Assembly (NCBI GenBank): GCA_963699755.1
Contig: CAVOVB010000003.1
Span: 192,001 to 256,000, forward strand
DNA from: an uncultured delta proteobacterium
Lineage (GTDB): Bacteria; Myxococcota_A; Polyangia; Polyangiales; Houyiibacteriaceae
DNA length: 64,000 bases
Direction of reading: 5' to 3'
A program made the position numbers and the translations under genes. This document shows, in pieces, positions 25,181-34,175 of this stretch; positions within the stretch are counted from its first letter, which is position 1; each line of letters opens with the position of its first letter. The notes under the pieces are model-generated. The model did no database searches, was not told where the DNA came from, and saw only the letters and a program-made list of their open reading frames with translations.

Positions 25181-25903
25181 GTGCGCGTGCTTCCGAGCTT
25201 CCTCAAGAACCTGCTCCGCGCCGGCTTGGTTCCCGCCGGCTCCAAGTCCTGGCCCGAGGCCTTGCGGGACTACATGGCCCGCAAGAGCCGGCCTGTGAAA
25301 AGCACGCCAATTGAGGAAATACGTTTCGTCGTGTTCGACAGCGAGACGTCCGGTCTCGATCTACAGAAGAACCGCCTCCTTTCCATCGCGGGCGTAGCGA
25401 TGACCGGCACCGAAGTGCGGCTCGACGATACGTTCGAAGTCATGGTCGCCCAGACGGACGTTGGGGGAGCGGAAGCCGCCGTGATTCACGGCCTGATTTC
25501 CAAAGACCTCGCGGACGGGCTTCCCGAAGATGAAGCGGCGGCCAGATTCTTGGCCTTTGCGGGCGACGCCGTGCTCGTCGCGCATCATGCAGCGTTCGAC
25601 CTGCGCATGCTCCGGAAGGCTATCGCGTCGCACCGCGGCGCGAAGGTCTGGAACCCGTTCATCGACACGGCGCAGCTCGCCAAGCGCGTCGAGGTCGGTC
25701 CGATGAGCTCGGACGAAGCGGGGGGAGCCGACCAGCGGAGCGAATATCAACTCGACAGCCTGGTGAAGCGCTACGGCATCGAAGTCTCGGAGCGGCACAC
25801 CGCTGCTGGCGATGCGCTCGCCACGGCGCTCTTGTTTCAGCGACTCCTCAAAAAGGCCGAGCGCCGCGGGATCCACACGCTCGGTGAGCTCCTCGCGCGC
25901 TGA
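25181..25903 (+). CDS. DEDDh 3'-5' exonuclease (DnaQ-like)
   Basis: FDSETSGL, HHAAFD, ERHTAAGDA; starts 1 nt after the DUF294 stop. Confidence 0.88.
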   Translation: MRVLPSFLKNLLRAGLVPAGSKSWPEALRDYMARKSRPVKSTPIEEIRFVVFDSETSGLDLQKNRLLSIAGVAMTGTEVRLDDTFEVMVAQTDVGGAEAAVIHGLISKDLADGLPEDEAAARFLAFAGDAVLVAHHAAFDLRMLRKAIASHRGAKVWNPFIDTAQLAKRVEVGPMSSDEAGGADQRSEYQLDSLVKRYGIEVSERHTAAGDALATALLFQRLLKKAERRGIHTLGELLAR

Positions 25904-26025
25904 GTGACCCGAGCGCCACAGTCTGTGCCAATCCGGCACCCCGGCCATGGCGACTACGTGAAATTCGGCGCGTTTAGGGGAGCTGAGGATTGGTCCGCTT
26001 CTTGCTCGGTCCGGCGGAGCCCGAG

Positions 26026-26838
26026 ATGAGCATTCGGTTCGCAACTACGGTTCTTGCTTGCTCCCTGCTCATGGGATGCGGGGACGGCCCCGGACTGGAC
26101 CCGCCGAGGCCGACGGACGACGTCGAATGGGTGGTCCGGATCAATTTCTCGGGTCAGCATTTGTGCACCGGACTGGTGCTGAGCGAGCATTGGTTGCTCA
26201 CGGCCGGTCACTGCGTGCAAGAAGCCCCGGACGAACAGGTGGAGGTGAGTCACGAGGTCTTCGGCGAGCGGAGGGTCGTCTATGAAGGAGGGGCATGGCT
26301 CATCACGCACCCCAGCTACGAAGACGTGGGTCACCTGTCCCATCGTTGGCATGACATTGGTCTGGTAGGTTTGCGTGATGGCACGCTCGATCCGAGCGAG
26401 AGGGCGCGCCTCGGTGGGCTGCGCTGCTCACTCACGGCCTTTTCCGATGAAGTGCATTTGCTCTATGCCGTCGGCTATGGGCGATTGCCGGACGCGGACA
26501 CTGGGGCCTGCTCCGATCGGCTCGGAGCCAAAAAGCGCTACGATGGTTTCATCGTCCGCGGATTACTCGGTCCGCCTCTTGAGAGCTCCTATGCAATCGA
26601 GCTCGAAGGCCGCGTAGGCGCGCTCTGCGACGGGGACTCTGGCGGGCCGCTCCTCTTCGACGTGAATGGCATTCCCCACGCGTTCGCGACCTTTAGCGGA
26701 GAGCGACTCAGAGAAGGGATCTACTACGGCACTCTCATCGGACCGAAGATCAACTGGCTCGAATCGGCTACCGCATCGACTCATGCACCCCTTCAATGCC
26801 TGGATCTCGGCGCCGACGCCTGGGAATGTTACGAGTGA
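26026..26838 (+). CDS. Trypsin-like (S1) serine protease lipoprotein
   Basis: Lipobox LMGC; triad motifs LTAGHC, HDIGL, GDSGGP. Confidence 0.88.
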   Translation: MSIRFATTVLACSLLMGCGDGPGLDPPRPTDDVEWVVRINFSGQHLCTGLVLSEHWLLTAGHCVQEAPDEQVEVSHEVFGERRVVYEGGAWLITHPSYEDVGHLSHRWHDIGLVGLRDGTLDPSERARLGGLRCSLTAFSDEVHLLYAVGYGRLPDADTGACSDRLGAKKRYDGFIVRGLLGPPLESSYAIELEGRVGALCDGDSGGPLLFDVNGIPHAFATFSGERLREGIYYGTLIGPKINWLESATASTHAPLQCLDLGADAWECYE

Positions 26839-27066
26839 CGGCGGGCAGACTCAGGCGGGCGACGCGTTGCGCTCGAGCTCCACGCGGCGAGTGCTTCCTC
26901 GGTCGGGGCGCCCTGGTCGATTTCTGTGCATGGGGGCGTTTCGCGGTCCCGGGCGAGCCGAAGGCTGGTATCGACCGTTCCAAGTGGCTTCGGGTTCGGT
27001 GAGAAGTACCGCACCCGGCGGAGCTCTGCTAGCCTGCGCCCCACTCAAACTGGAGGGAAACGGAAA

Positions 27067-27306
27067 ATGAGCTCAATTCTCAGATACTTGATCATCGCAA
27101 CGGCAATGCTTGCGCTCAGCCTCTCGGCAGCGTGTAAGGACGACGCGAGCCCGGCAGCGCAGGAAGTCACTTCGGGCGCAGAGGCCGGAGCGAAGGCCGG
27201 GGTCCAGGAAGGCGTTCAAAGCGGCATGGAGGGCGGCGCCAAGGAGGGTGCCAAAGAAGGGGGCAAGGCGGCCGGGACGAGCGCTGCATCCGAAGTCGTG
27301 AACTAA
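27067..27306 (+). CDS. Small Gly/Ala-rich lipoprotein (79 aa)
   Basis: GGAGG upstream; signal peptide ending SAAC; repetitive EGAKEG tail. Confidence 0.65.
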   Translation: MSSILRYLIIATAMLALSLSAACKDDASPAAQEVTSGAEAGAKAGVQEGVQSGMEGGAKEGAKEGGKAAGTSAASEVVN

Positions 27307-27326
27307 ACCGACGATCGAAGTCATCC

Positions 27327-27872
27327 ATGACGGAGCGGAAGACGTCGCAAGGGCCGAGCCACGCCACAGTTGCCGCCAGTGCGCTGCTCGTGTTTGCCGT
27401 GCTGATTGGCGCTGCATACTGGCTCGGCACCGAGGGCGAACCGACGACGGCAGAGCCATCGGCCCTTGCGACTTCGACGCTTCGCGCCCTCTATGAACGA
27501 TGCGAAGGCGGCCCCAGCCACGATTTCTTCGACGGGCGGTCCCGTGCGCGCTGCAACAGCAGGACTCACCCGGCCTTCATGATGGAGGTCATCGGGGACG
27601 GCGAAGAGATCGAGCGGGCAAACATGCTGGTCCCGCTCGGCGGTACGATGAGCCAAGTGCTCGATAGAATGCTCGTGGGACTCGAGATGTTTGGCATGGT
27701 CGCTGGCGTTCGCGCCGACCTCTTCCTTCCGAAGCAATACATGGATGCCATCGGCACCAGCAAAACCAGCCTGGTCTACCAAGGGCGGGTGTATCGCACC
27801 GAACCGATTCCCAATGTGGGGCTCATGTTTTCAGTGACCCAAGAGGGCGCCGAGGCCGGCGGTACGAATTGA
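27327..27872 (+). CDS. Hypothetical membrane-anchored protein
   Basis: 181-aa ORF with one N-terminal TM, in a co-oriented run. Confidence 0.6.
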   Translation: MTERKTSQGPSHATVAASALLVFAVLIGAAYWLGTEGEPTTAEPSALATSTLRALYERCEGGPSHDFFDGRSRARCNSRTHPAFMMEVIGDGEEIERANMLVPLGGTMSQVLDRMLVGLEMFGMVAGVRADLFLPKQYMDAIGTSKTSLVYQGRVYRTEPIPNVGLMFSVTQEGAEAGGTN

Positions 27873-27910
27873 ATCGAACGAACCACCGTTCGGTGTCATG
27901 GTTCAGCCAC

Positions 27911-28576
27911 ATGACGAGGACGAAAGCGGTGTTGTTGGGATTCGCGCTTCTGCTTGCGGGTCTATTCGTGGCGGTCATCGTGAGCCCACGCGCCGAGTTC
28001 GTGTTGGGCGGCGGCTTGGTCAACCTCGGCTACCGATTTCAAGACCGGTTCGGTCATTTCGACTTCGTGCACGACGAATCGATCACGCCCGAGCAAATCT
28101 GGGAGACGGTCGAACGTCAAAACGAGCTCGCATCTGGAATGCGCGGCATCTTTCCCCGCACGCCGCGACATCCCGTGGTCGCGATCCTCGCCTGCATGGA
28201 CGGGCGAATCGACGTGAGTGAGCTGGTGGGCGACACCCGGCACTACTACTACGTCGTGCGTACCGCTGGCTCGGTTCTCTCACCGGCGGAGCAGGAAATG
28301 CTGGAGCTTGCCGTGCTCAACGGGGTGAAGGTCATCGTGCTCACGACACACACCGATTGTGCTGCTGAGGCCGCAGCGGCCGACCCCGAGATGCGAGAGA
28401 AATTCCCCGCCTTGATCTCCTTGATGGACGAGCGTGCGCAGCGGGTCGAGGAGTTTTTGGCTCGGCCAACGATTCGGAACGCCATCGACGAGGGCAGACT
28501 TCTGATCAAGCACGCTCGTATCGACACCGGCACCGATCGCCTGGTCGTCGACATCAAGCACCACGACGCCGACTGA
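27911..28576 (+). CDS. Beta-class carbonic anhydrase-like protein with N-terminal anchor
   Basis: Zn-ligand motifs CMDGR and HTDC; VVRTAG; hydrophobic N-terminus. Confidence 0.8.
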   Translation: MTRTKAVLLGFALLLAGLFVAVIVSPRAEFVLGGGLVNLGYRFQDRFGHFDFVHDESITPEQIWETVERQNELASGMRGIFPRTPRHPVVAILACMDGRIDVSELVGDTRHYYYVVRTAGSVLSPAEQEMLELAVLNGVKVIVLTTHTDCAAEAAAADPEMREKFPALISLMDERAQRVEEFLARPTIRNAIDEGRLLIKHARIDTGTDRLVVDIKHHDAD

Positions 28577-28628
28577 CCGTTTGGGCCGAGACGATTCCCT
28601 GGCGGTCATCTGTCGCGATGCTCGAGCC

Positions 28629-29426
28629 TCACAGGACGAAAGGAACCAACACTCGGCGTTCGCGGGGGTAGTCCGGGAATCTGTCTTTGTACCAACGATG
28701 GGTTTGGAAAGCGCGTGGTACGAGGTTGGCAATGGTGATCAAGAGGATGAAGGTCGCGCCGAGGGACCATGTAGCAATCGCGAATCCCGTGAAGGCGGTG
28801 ATCTCGGTGAGGTAGGAAGGGTTGGACACGAAGCGAAACAGCCCACCCCGCGGGATGCGGTACACTTTGTCTCCACGTTGAACCTCTTCGACGCTCCGAA
28901 GATTCCGGATGATAGTGTCCGAGTGGATGTTGAGCGCAAAGGATGCGTAATAGAGGCTGATTCCAAATAGGAAGCGCGGGGCGGCGAACCAACCAGGGGT
29001 GAACTGTGTCGAAAGGTCGCTGATGAAGACCGCATTGAGATATCCGTGGAGCGTCGTGACGAGCCATCCCATCAACACGATCGTGATGCTGAAAGAAGCG
29101 GTAGCGCCTTTTGGGCTCCGAATGAGGTACGGAAAGACGAAACCAGGGTTTCCGTAGTGCAGCAGCCAGACGAATAGGAAGAACAGCGGGACGATTTCGA
29201 ATCGATTGCGCCCCTGGAAATAGAAGAACACGAAGCTCAGCGTCGCGGGCAGCTCCATCAGAAACCAGCCGAGGCGCGGGCTCAAGTTGACGCCCCATTT
29301 GTCGGACGCGAATCGTCCATACGGGCTCTTCATGAATGCAGCGCCGATGAACACGAGGATCACCAGGCCGAAGGATAGCGTCAGGACCGTGTCGTAGGTC
29401 GGGTCTCCGGTGTACCAGGCCGTCAT
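28629..29426 (-). CDS. Steroid 5-alpha-reductase / enoyl reductase family membrane protein
   Basis: SPYGRF, GWFLMELPA, NIHSD-I-RNLR, YRIPRGGLFRFVSNPSYLTE, NLVPRA--THRWY, FPDYP--R-VLVPF. Confidence 0.9.
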   Translation of the reverse strand: MTAWYTGDPTYDTVLTLSFGLVILVFIGAAFMKSPYGRFASDKWGVNLSPRLGWFLMELPATLSFVFFYFQGRNRFEIVPLFFLFVWLLHYGNPGFVFPYLIRSPKGATASFSITIVLMGWLVTTLHGYLNAVFISDLSTQFTPGWFAAPRFLFGISLYYASFALNIHSDTIIRNLRSVEEVQRGDKVYRIPRGGLFRFVSNPSYLTEITAFTGFAIATWSLGATFILLITIANLVPRAFQTHRWYKDRFPDYPRERRVLVPFVL

Positions 29427-29896
29427 TGGGATGATCGAGTCTCGGCTGCTCCGAGGCGTTGAGCGACCTTGGCATCCAGCTGCAGCTGTGCCCATTCGAG
29501 CGCGTCGGTGCGTTTGGCGAATGCCTGGTGCGGGAACTTCGGAGGGCTGATCCAAAACACCGCGGTGACCAAACCGCGAAGCCAGGCACGCGGCACGATG
29601 AGGGCAGAGCCGCCGTTCCACCGCACGTCGTGTCCCTCGAATCGTCTGAGGTGCTCGGCAAACATCTTGCGTTGCATCGCGCTCGTCGTCCTCAGGTTGG
29701 AGAGGTCGACCACCCAAGCCACAGGGTACTGCGCCTCCGCCGCCCAGTTCTCGCGTGCTCGAATGAACGCCGTCAAGACCTCATTGCTCGCCTCCGCCGG
29801 AAACGTCCACTCGTAAATCGGCACGTGTTTGTGCGAAACCCAGGGGTGATCGATTTCGACGTATGACGATCGAGATTCTGGGGCAGCATCAGCCAT
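29423..29896 (-). CDS. Hypothetical protein (STAS/SpoIIAA-like, myxobacterial type)
   Basis: VVDLS, RGLVTAVFWISPP-FP---F----ALEW pattern; stop overlaps the reductase start. Confidence 0.6.
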   Translation of the reverse strand: MADAAPESRSSYVEIDHPWVSHKHVPIYEWTFPAEASNEVLTAFIRARENWAAEAQYPVAWVVDLSNLRTTSAMQRKMFAEHLRRFEGHDVRWNGGSALIVPRAWLRGLVTAVFWISPPKFPHQAFAKRTDALEWAQLQLDAKVAQRLGAAETRSSQ

Positions 29897-30013
29897 GAGC
29901 TTGCGCCGATGATAGATCCAAAGAGCGGGTTTGTGAGCGGCATCTGGTGGAACTTTCCATTCTTGACTGAACGGACACTAGCCAGGGACACCCATCGATG
30001 CAAGAAGGGTCCC

Positions 30014-30382
30014 ATGGCCGAGGATTTCAAGAGTTTGAGCGAGCTGGAGGAGCTGATGGGCGAAGAAGGCGGCGCCGCGATCATCGACTTCTGGTCTCCG
30101 AGTTGCGGACCTTGCAAGGCAATGGCCCCGGCCTTCGAGGCCCTGTCCAATGAGCTGGCCGAAGAGCCGATCCGCTTCGTTCGAATCAACACTGCGGCTC
30201 AGGCGAGGCTTGCCCAGCCATTCAACATCCAGTCGGTCCCAACCCTCCTATTCGTCCACAACGGTCAGATACTCGACGTCCGCGTCGGCGCGCTCCCTGG
30301 TCCCGCGTTGGCGAAGAAGGCCCAGTGGCTCCTCCGCAAGGCCAGGGGCGAAGGCTTCTTCTCGAAGCTCTTTGGCGGCTAG
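30014..30382 (+). CDS. Thioredoxin family protein
   Basis: IDFWSPSCGPCKAMAP, IQSVPTLL; start re-called at MAEDF. Confidence 0.88.
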   Translation: MAEDFKSLSELEELMGEEGGAAIIDFWSPSCGPCKAMAPAFEALSNELAEEPIRFVRINTAAQARLAQPFNIQSVPTLLFVHNGQILDVRVGALPGPALAKKAQWLLRKARGEGFFSKLFGG

Positions 30383-32361
30383 ATCGGGCTGCCGCCAATG
30401 GCGTTGGCGATGAACGCCTTTTCCATCGGGAACTCGCTCGGAGCATCCCCCACGGGAAAGGTTCGCTCGAGCAGGTTCAGGATGCGGCTCGTGGTTGCAG
30501 GTGTGGCGCGGTTGCTGAACGCAAAGAAGCCACCAAGCGGAGTCATCACCCGGCGCCGCCTATCGACGACGCCATCGAGGATCATCGCGGCCGCACGAGT
30601 TGGCGTCATGACGTCGCGACGTCCGGCATACTCTTGGACGGGCGCCATCATCTCGGTCTTCACCAAGGGCAGGTAAACCGACGAGACGTGAATCCCTTCG
30701 TGTTGGAGCTCGGCCATGAGGGAGTCGCCGAAGGCGTCGAGCGCCGCCTTGGTCGCCAAGTAGGCCGCGAAGTACGGGCCGGGAATGAGCACGCCCATCG
30801 TCAAGACGTGAGAAATCGTGCCGCTGCGCTCGCGAAGGGACGGCAAGAGTCGCAGCGTGAGCCGTACGGGCGCAAAGTAGTTCAACGCCATCGTGCGCTC
30901 GTAGTCGTGGAAACGATCGATCGACGCGACGATCGGGCGGCGAATCGAACGCGCGGCGTTGTGAATGAGGACATCCACCCCGCCGTGCCGCGCGAGCAAC
31001 GAATCGGCCAGCGCATCGACCTCGTCGAACGAGGAAAGATCGGCGGGGTATGCGTGGGCTTCGCCACCGGCCTCTCGGATTCCCTCCACCGCAATTTCGA
31101 GCTTCTCCGCGTCTCGCGCCACGAGCAACACCTTCGCCCCAGCCTCGGCGGCGGTTTGCGCCACCACCAGGCCGATTCCCCGCGAAGCCCCAGTGACGAG
31201 CACGACCTTGCCGGCCAAGGCGCGCCGATATCGAGCCGCGCGCTGCGTCATCGGATCCAGATGATCTTCGTAGTAGCGGTAGAGGGTTCTGGCGTAGCTG
31301 CGCAGGGGTGGGCAGTCGATTCCGGAGCCCAAAAGGGCCGCACGGGTGTTGCTGTCGTCGAAACGAACCTTGGTGTTCATCACGCTGAGGCCGCGACTTG
31401 GTAGACCGAGGTCCTTGAGGAACGCCTCTCGCAGCTCCCGCAAGCTCGGAAGCATCGACAGCAGCGCTACTGTTTTGTTCATGCCGGGCAGCTTCGTCAC
31501 GTCGACCGCGGGACCCAGTCGCGGGCCGCCCGCCGCGGCGACGAACATGTCGGCCATCTTCAAGAGGGAAGGTGGTTTCGGATCTACCAGATGAAAAACT
31601 CGCGCATCGCTCCTGGTGAACGCGATCTGAGTTATCGCATCAGCGACGTAGTCGACCGGAACCAGATTGAACGAGCCGCGAATCCGGGGCACCGGGATGC
31701 GCGCCCAGCGCGGCAAGGCGTATGCGAGCCTTTTGATCGCGCCAAAGCTGAAGTAGACGCCGTCGATGCGGTCCATGGCGCCGGTCCTCGAATCACCCAC
31801 CACGGCGCTTGGCCGGTAGATTCGGAAGTCGAGCCCCGACTCGCGAACTAGCTTCTCCGATGCGAACTTGCTTCGATGATAGGCGCCTGGGAGCCCTTGC
31901 CCCTCTTGGAACATCGCCTCGGTGAAAGTCTCCGCGAAGTCCCCCGCAACCGCGATCGAGCTCACGTGGTGAAGAGTTCCCTCGAACCGAGCCTCCTCGA
32001 GCGCAGAGAGCAGCTGCTTGGTGCCCTCGACGTTGATCGTCTCGAGCGCGTCGGGGTCCGCATTGATGTCGTAGAGCGCGGCGACGTTGAAGCAGTGCGC
32101 GGCGTCGGATAGGGCCCGGAGGCCGTCCTTCGTCAGCCCGAGATTCGGCGCGGAGAGGTCGCCGCTGACCCGCCGTACTAGCGCGCCGTGGACGCCTACA
32201 GCCACCCGGTCGAGAGCCTCAAGCTCGTTCTTTCGACGCTCCGCTGCGCCGCTGCGGAGCATCAAGGTCACCTTCATGCCTCGCCGAAGCAGTCGTTCGA
32301 CCAGAGCGCGCCCAATCAATCCGGTTCCCCCGGTCACGAACACATGGTCGGCAGCGCTCAT
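30379..32361 (-). CDS. Two-domain SDR, fatty acyl-CoA reductase type (extended SDR plus classical SDR)
   Basis: TGGTGLIG...YHRSK...YRPSAVVGDS domain, then TGASRGIG, NAARSIRR, DRFHDYERTMALNYF, YLATK; same architecture as Marinobacter/mycobacterial fused acyl-CoA reductases. Confidence 0.88.
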   Translation of the reverse strand: MSAADHVFVTGGTGLIGRALVERLLRRGMKVTLMLRSGAAERRKNELEALDRVAVGVHGALVRRVSGDLSAPNLGLTKDGLRALSDAAHCFNVAALYDINADPDALETINVEGTKQLLSALEEARFEGTLHHVSSIAVAGDFAETFTEAMFQEGQGLPGAYHRSKFASEKLVRESGLDFRIYRPSAVVGDSRTGAMDRIDGVYFSFGAIKRLAYALPRWARIPVPRIRGSFNLVPVDYVADAITQIAFTRSDARVFHLVDPKPPSLLKMADMFVAAAGGPRLGPAVDVTKLPGMNKTVALLSMLPSLRELREAFLKDLGLPSRGLSVMNTKVRFDDSNTRAALLGSGIDCPPLRSYARTLYRYYEDHLDPMTQRAARYRRALAGKVVLVTGASRGIGLVVAQTAAEAGAKVLLVARDAEKLEIAVEGIREAGGEAHAYPADLSSFDEVDALADSLLARHGGVDVLIHNAARSIRRPIVASIDRFHDYERTMALNYFAPVRLTLRLLPSLRERSGTISHVLTMGVLIPGPYFAAYLATKAALDAFGDSLMAELQHEGIHVSSVYLPLVKTEMMAPVQEYAGRRDVMTPTRAAAMILDGVVDRRRRVMTPLGGFFAFSNRATPATTSRILNLLERTFPVGDAPSEFPMEKAFIANAIGGSPI

Positions 32362-32448
32362 CGGAGCCGAGAATGAACCGAGCCCTCCGAGGGCGCCAGT
32401 GCAGAGCCGGACGGAGATGCGCCAAAGGCTCCTGCCGATTTGCAGGCT

Positions 32449-32949
32449 TCAGTCGCGGCCCCCGACGGTCGGGCCTTCGAACATGCCCGTTCGCGGAACC
32501 TTGCTGCCGAACAGCGCGCGGAAGAAGATCGGAAGCTCGATTACCACCGTGAGCCCCGCCAGGATGAGGGCACCCCGGAGCGCAATCCGGCCCGCTTGCT
32601 GGTCCTGCGGCATCCAGAGAGCAAACCCCGCGACGAAAAGAGCGGTCGCCACGAAGCCTGCAAGCGACATGATCAGAAACTGGCCACGGTCGTTTCGCTC
32701 GGCGTCGTAGCTGAAGAGGAAGGGAGAGATCAGCCGCTTGGCGGGGACGTAGACGCTGCCGGTAAGATGTGCGCCGAGCAGATGGCCCCATTCGTGCAGA
32801 TTGTACGCGCAGACGGCGGCGCCTAGCCCCGCGGCGATCGAAAGCGCCGAGGCGAGCCTCGGTTCCGCTTTCAAGGCGAGGCTCAGCCACCAGAGCGCGA
32901 CGGTGCCCAGGAGGATCGTCAGGTCGCGGATGGCGAAGTGCCGGAACAT
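32449..32949 (-). CDS. Hypothetical membrane protein with HExGH motif
   Basis: About four TM segments; YNLHEWGH. Confidence 0.65.
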   Translation of the reverse strand: MFRHFAIRDLTILLGTVALWWLSLALKAEPRLASALSIAAGLGAAVCAYNLHEWGHLLGAHLTGSVYVPAKRLISPFLFSYDAERNDRGQFLIMSLAGFVATALFVAGFALWMPQDQQAGRIALRGALILAGLTVVIELPIFFRALFGSKVPRTGMFEGPTVGGRD

Positions 32950-32991
32950 CGAAGTTCCCTAATCCTGAGGTTCGCCTCGTCAAGGCGCGGG

Positions 32992-34131
32992 TCAAGCCCC
33001 CCGGAGGAGCTGCCGGCTGATGATGATGCGTTGGACGTCGGAAGTGCCCTCGTAGATCTGGGCAACCCGCACATCTCGGTAGATTTTCTCCACCGGGAGC
33101 TCTCGGGAGTAGCCATAGCCACCGAAGATTTGAATCGCATCCGAACAGATACGTTCCGCCGCCTCCGAGGCGAAGAGCTTCGCCATGCAGGCTTCCTTGA
33201 GGCAGGGTCGCCCGGCGTCCCGCAGCGCGGCCGCCTCGAGCACCATCGTGGTTGTGGCGTGGAGCTGTGTCGCCATTTCTGCGAGGCGAAACGCGACGGC
33301 CTGGTGATTCGAAATCGCCTTCCCGAAAGCCGTGCGCTCTTTGGCGTATCCGATCGCGTGCTCCAGTGCAGCCCGTGCCATACCCGCACACTGGGCCGCG
33401 ATGCCGATGCGGCCGGCTTCCAAATTGGCAAGGGCGATCCGATACCCCTCTCCTTCGTTGCCGATCAAATGGTCGGCAGGGACGAGCGCACCTTCGAAGC
33501 TCAGTTGGGCGGTGTCGGAGGCCTCTTGCCCCATCTTCTGCTCCAGGGACGCGACCCTCATCCCTGGCGTTCCCGCCGGAACGAGAAATGCGGAGATGCC
33601 GCGCTTGCCCGCCGAAGGGTCAGTCACCGCAAAGACGATCACGGCGCCCGCGATCTGCCCGGAGGTGATGAACTGCTTGGTGCCTGTGATCGAATAGCCA
33701 TCGTCGGTTCGAACCGCGCGCGTTTGAAGGTTGGATGCATCGGATCCCGCCTGCGGCTCCGTCAAGGCAAAGGCGCCGATCATTTCACCCGCTGCCAAGG
33801 GTTTGAGGTACTTCTCTCGGAGCACCTCGCTCCCGTTCGACTGCAAAATTGCGCAGACCGGCGCGTTGTTGACACTCATGATCGTCGACACCGCGCCATC
33901 CCCGGCGGCGATCTCCATCAACGCCAAGGCATACGACACGTAGTCGAGCCCGGCGCCTCCACAGGCCTCGGGCACGGTCATGCCCATGAAACCGAGCGCG
34001 CCCATCTCGCGGAGCGCGTCGAGCTCCACGGCCCCGGCCGCTTCCCATCTTCTGCTGTTCGGCGCCAATCGTTCGGCCGCGAAGCGCGCCGCCGACGCGC
34101 GAATCATTTCTTGCTGCTCGGTGAGGATCAT
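32992..34131 (-). CDS. Acyl-CoA dehydrogenase
   Basis: FALTEPQAGSDA, GTKQFITSG, KMGQ, GRIGIAAQ, QIFGGYGY, YRDVRVAQIYEGTS. Confidence 0.95.
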   Translation of the reverse strand: MILTEQQEMIRASAARFAAERLAPNSRRWEAAGAVELDALREMGALGFMGMTVPEACGGAGLDYVSYALALMEIAAGDGAVSTIMSVNNAPVCAILQSNGSEVLREKYLKPLAAGEMIGAFALTEPQAGSDASNLQTRAVRTDDGYSITGTKQFITSGQIAGAVIVFAVTDPSAGKRGISAFLVPAGTPGMRVASLEQKMGQEASDTAQLSFEGALVPADHLIGNEGEGYRIALANLEAGRIGIAAQCAGMARAALEHAIGYAKERTAFGKAISNHQAVAFRLAEMATQLHATTTMVLEAAALRDAGRPCLKEACMAKLFASEAAERICSDAIQIFGGYGYSRELPVEKIYRDVRVAQIYEGTSDVQRIIISRQLLRGA

Positions 34132-34175
34132 GGTCAGTCTCGGGATAGAACAGCCGTCGTCTCCGCGCTAGCCGT

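Noticed and set aside
25181..25903. dnaQ (Pol III epsilon) assignment
   Set aside because: Coupling to DUF294 and the apparent lack of a C-terminal alpha-binding tail indicate the stand-alone DEDDh family.
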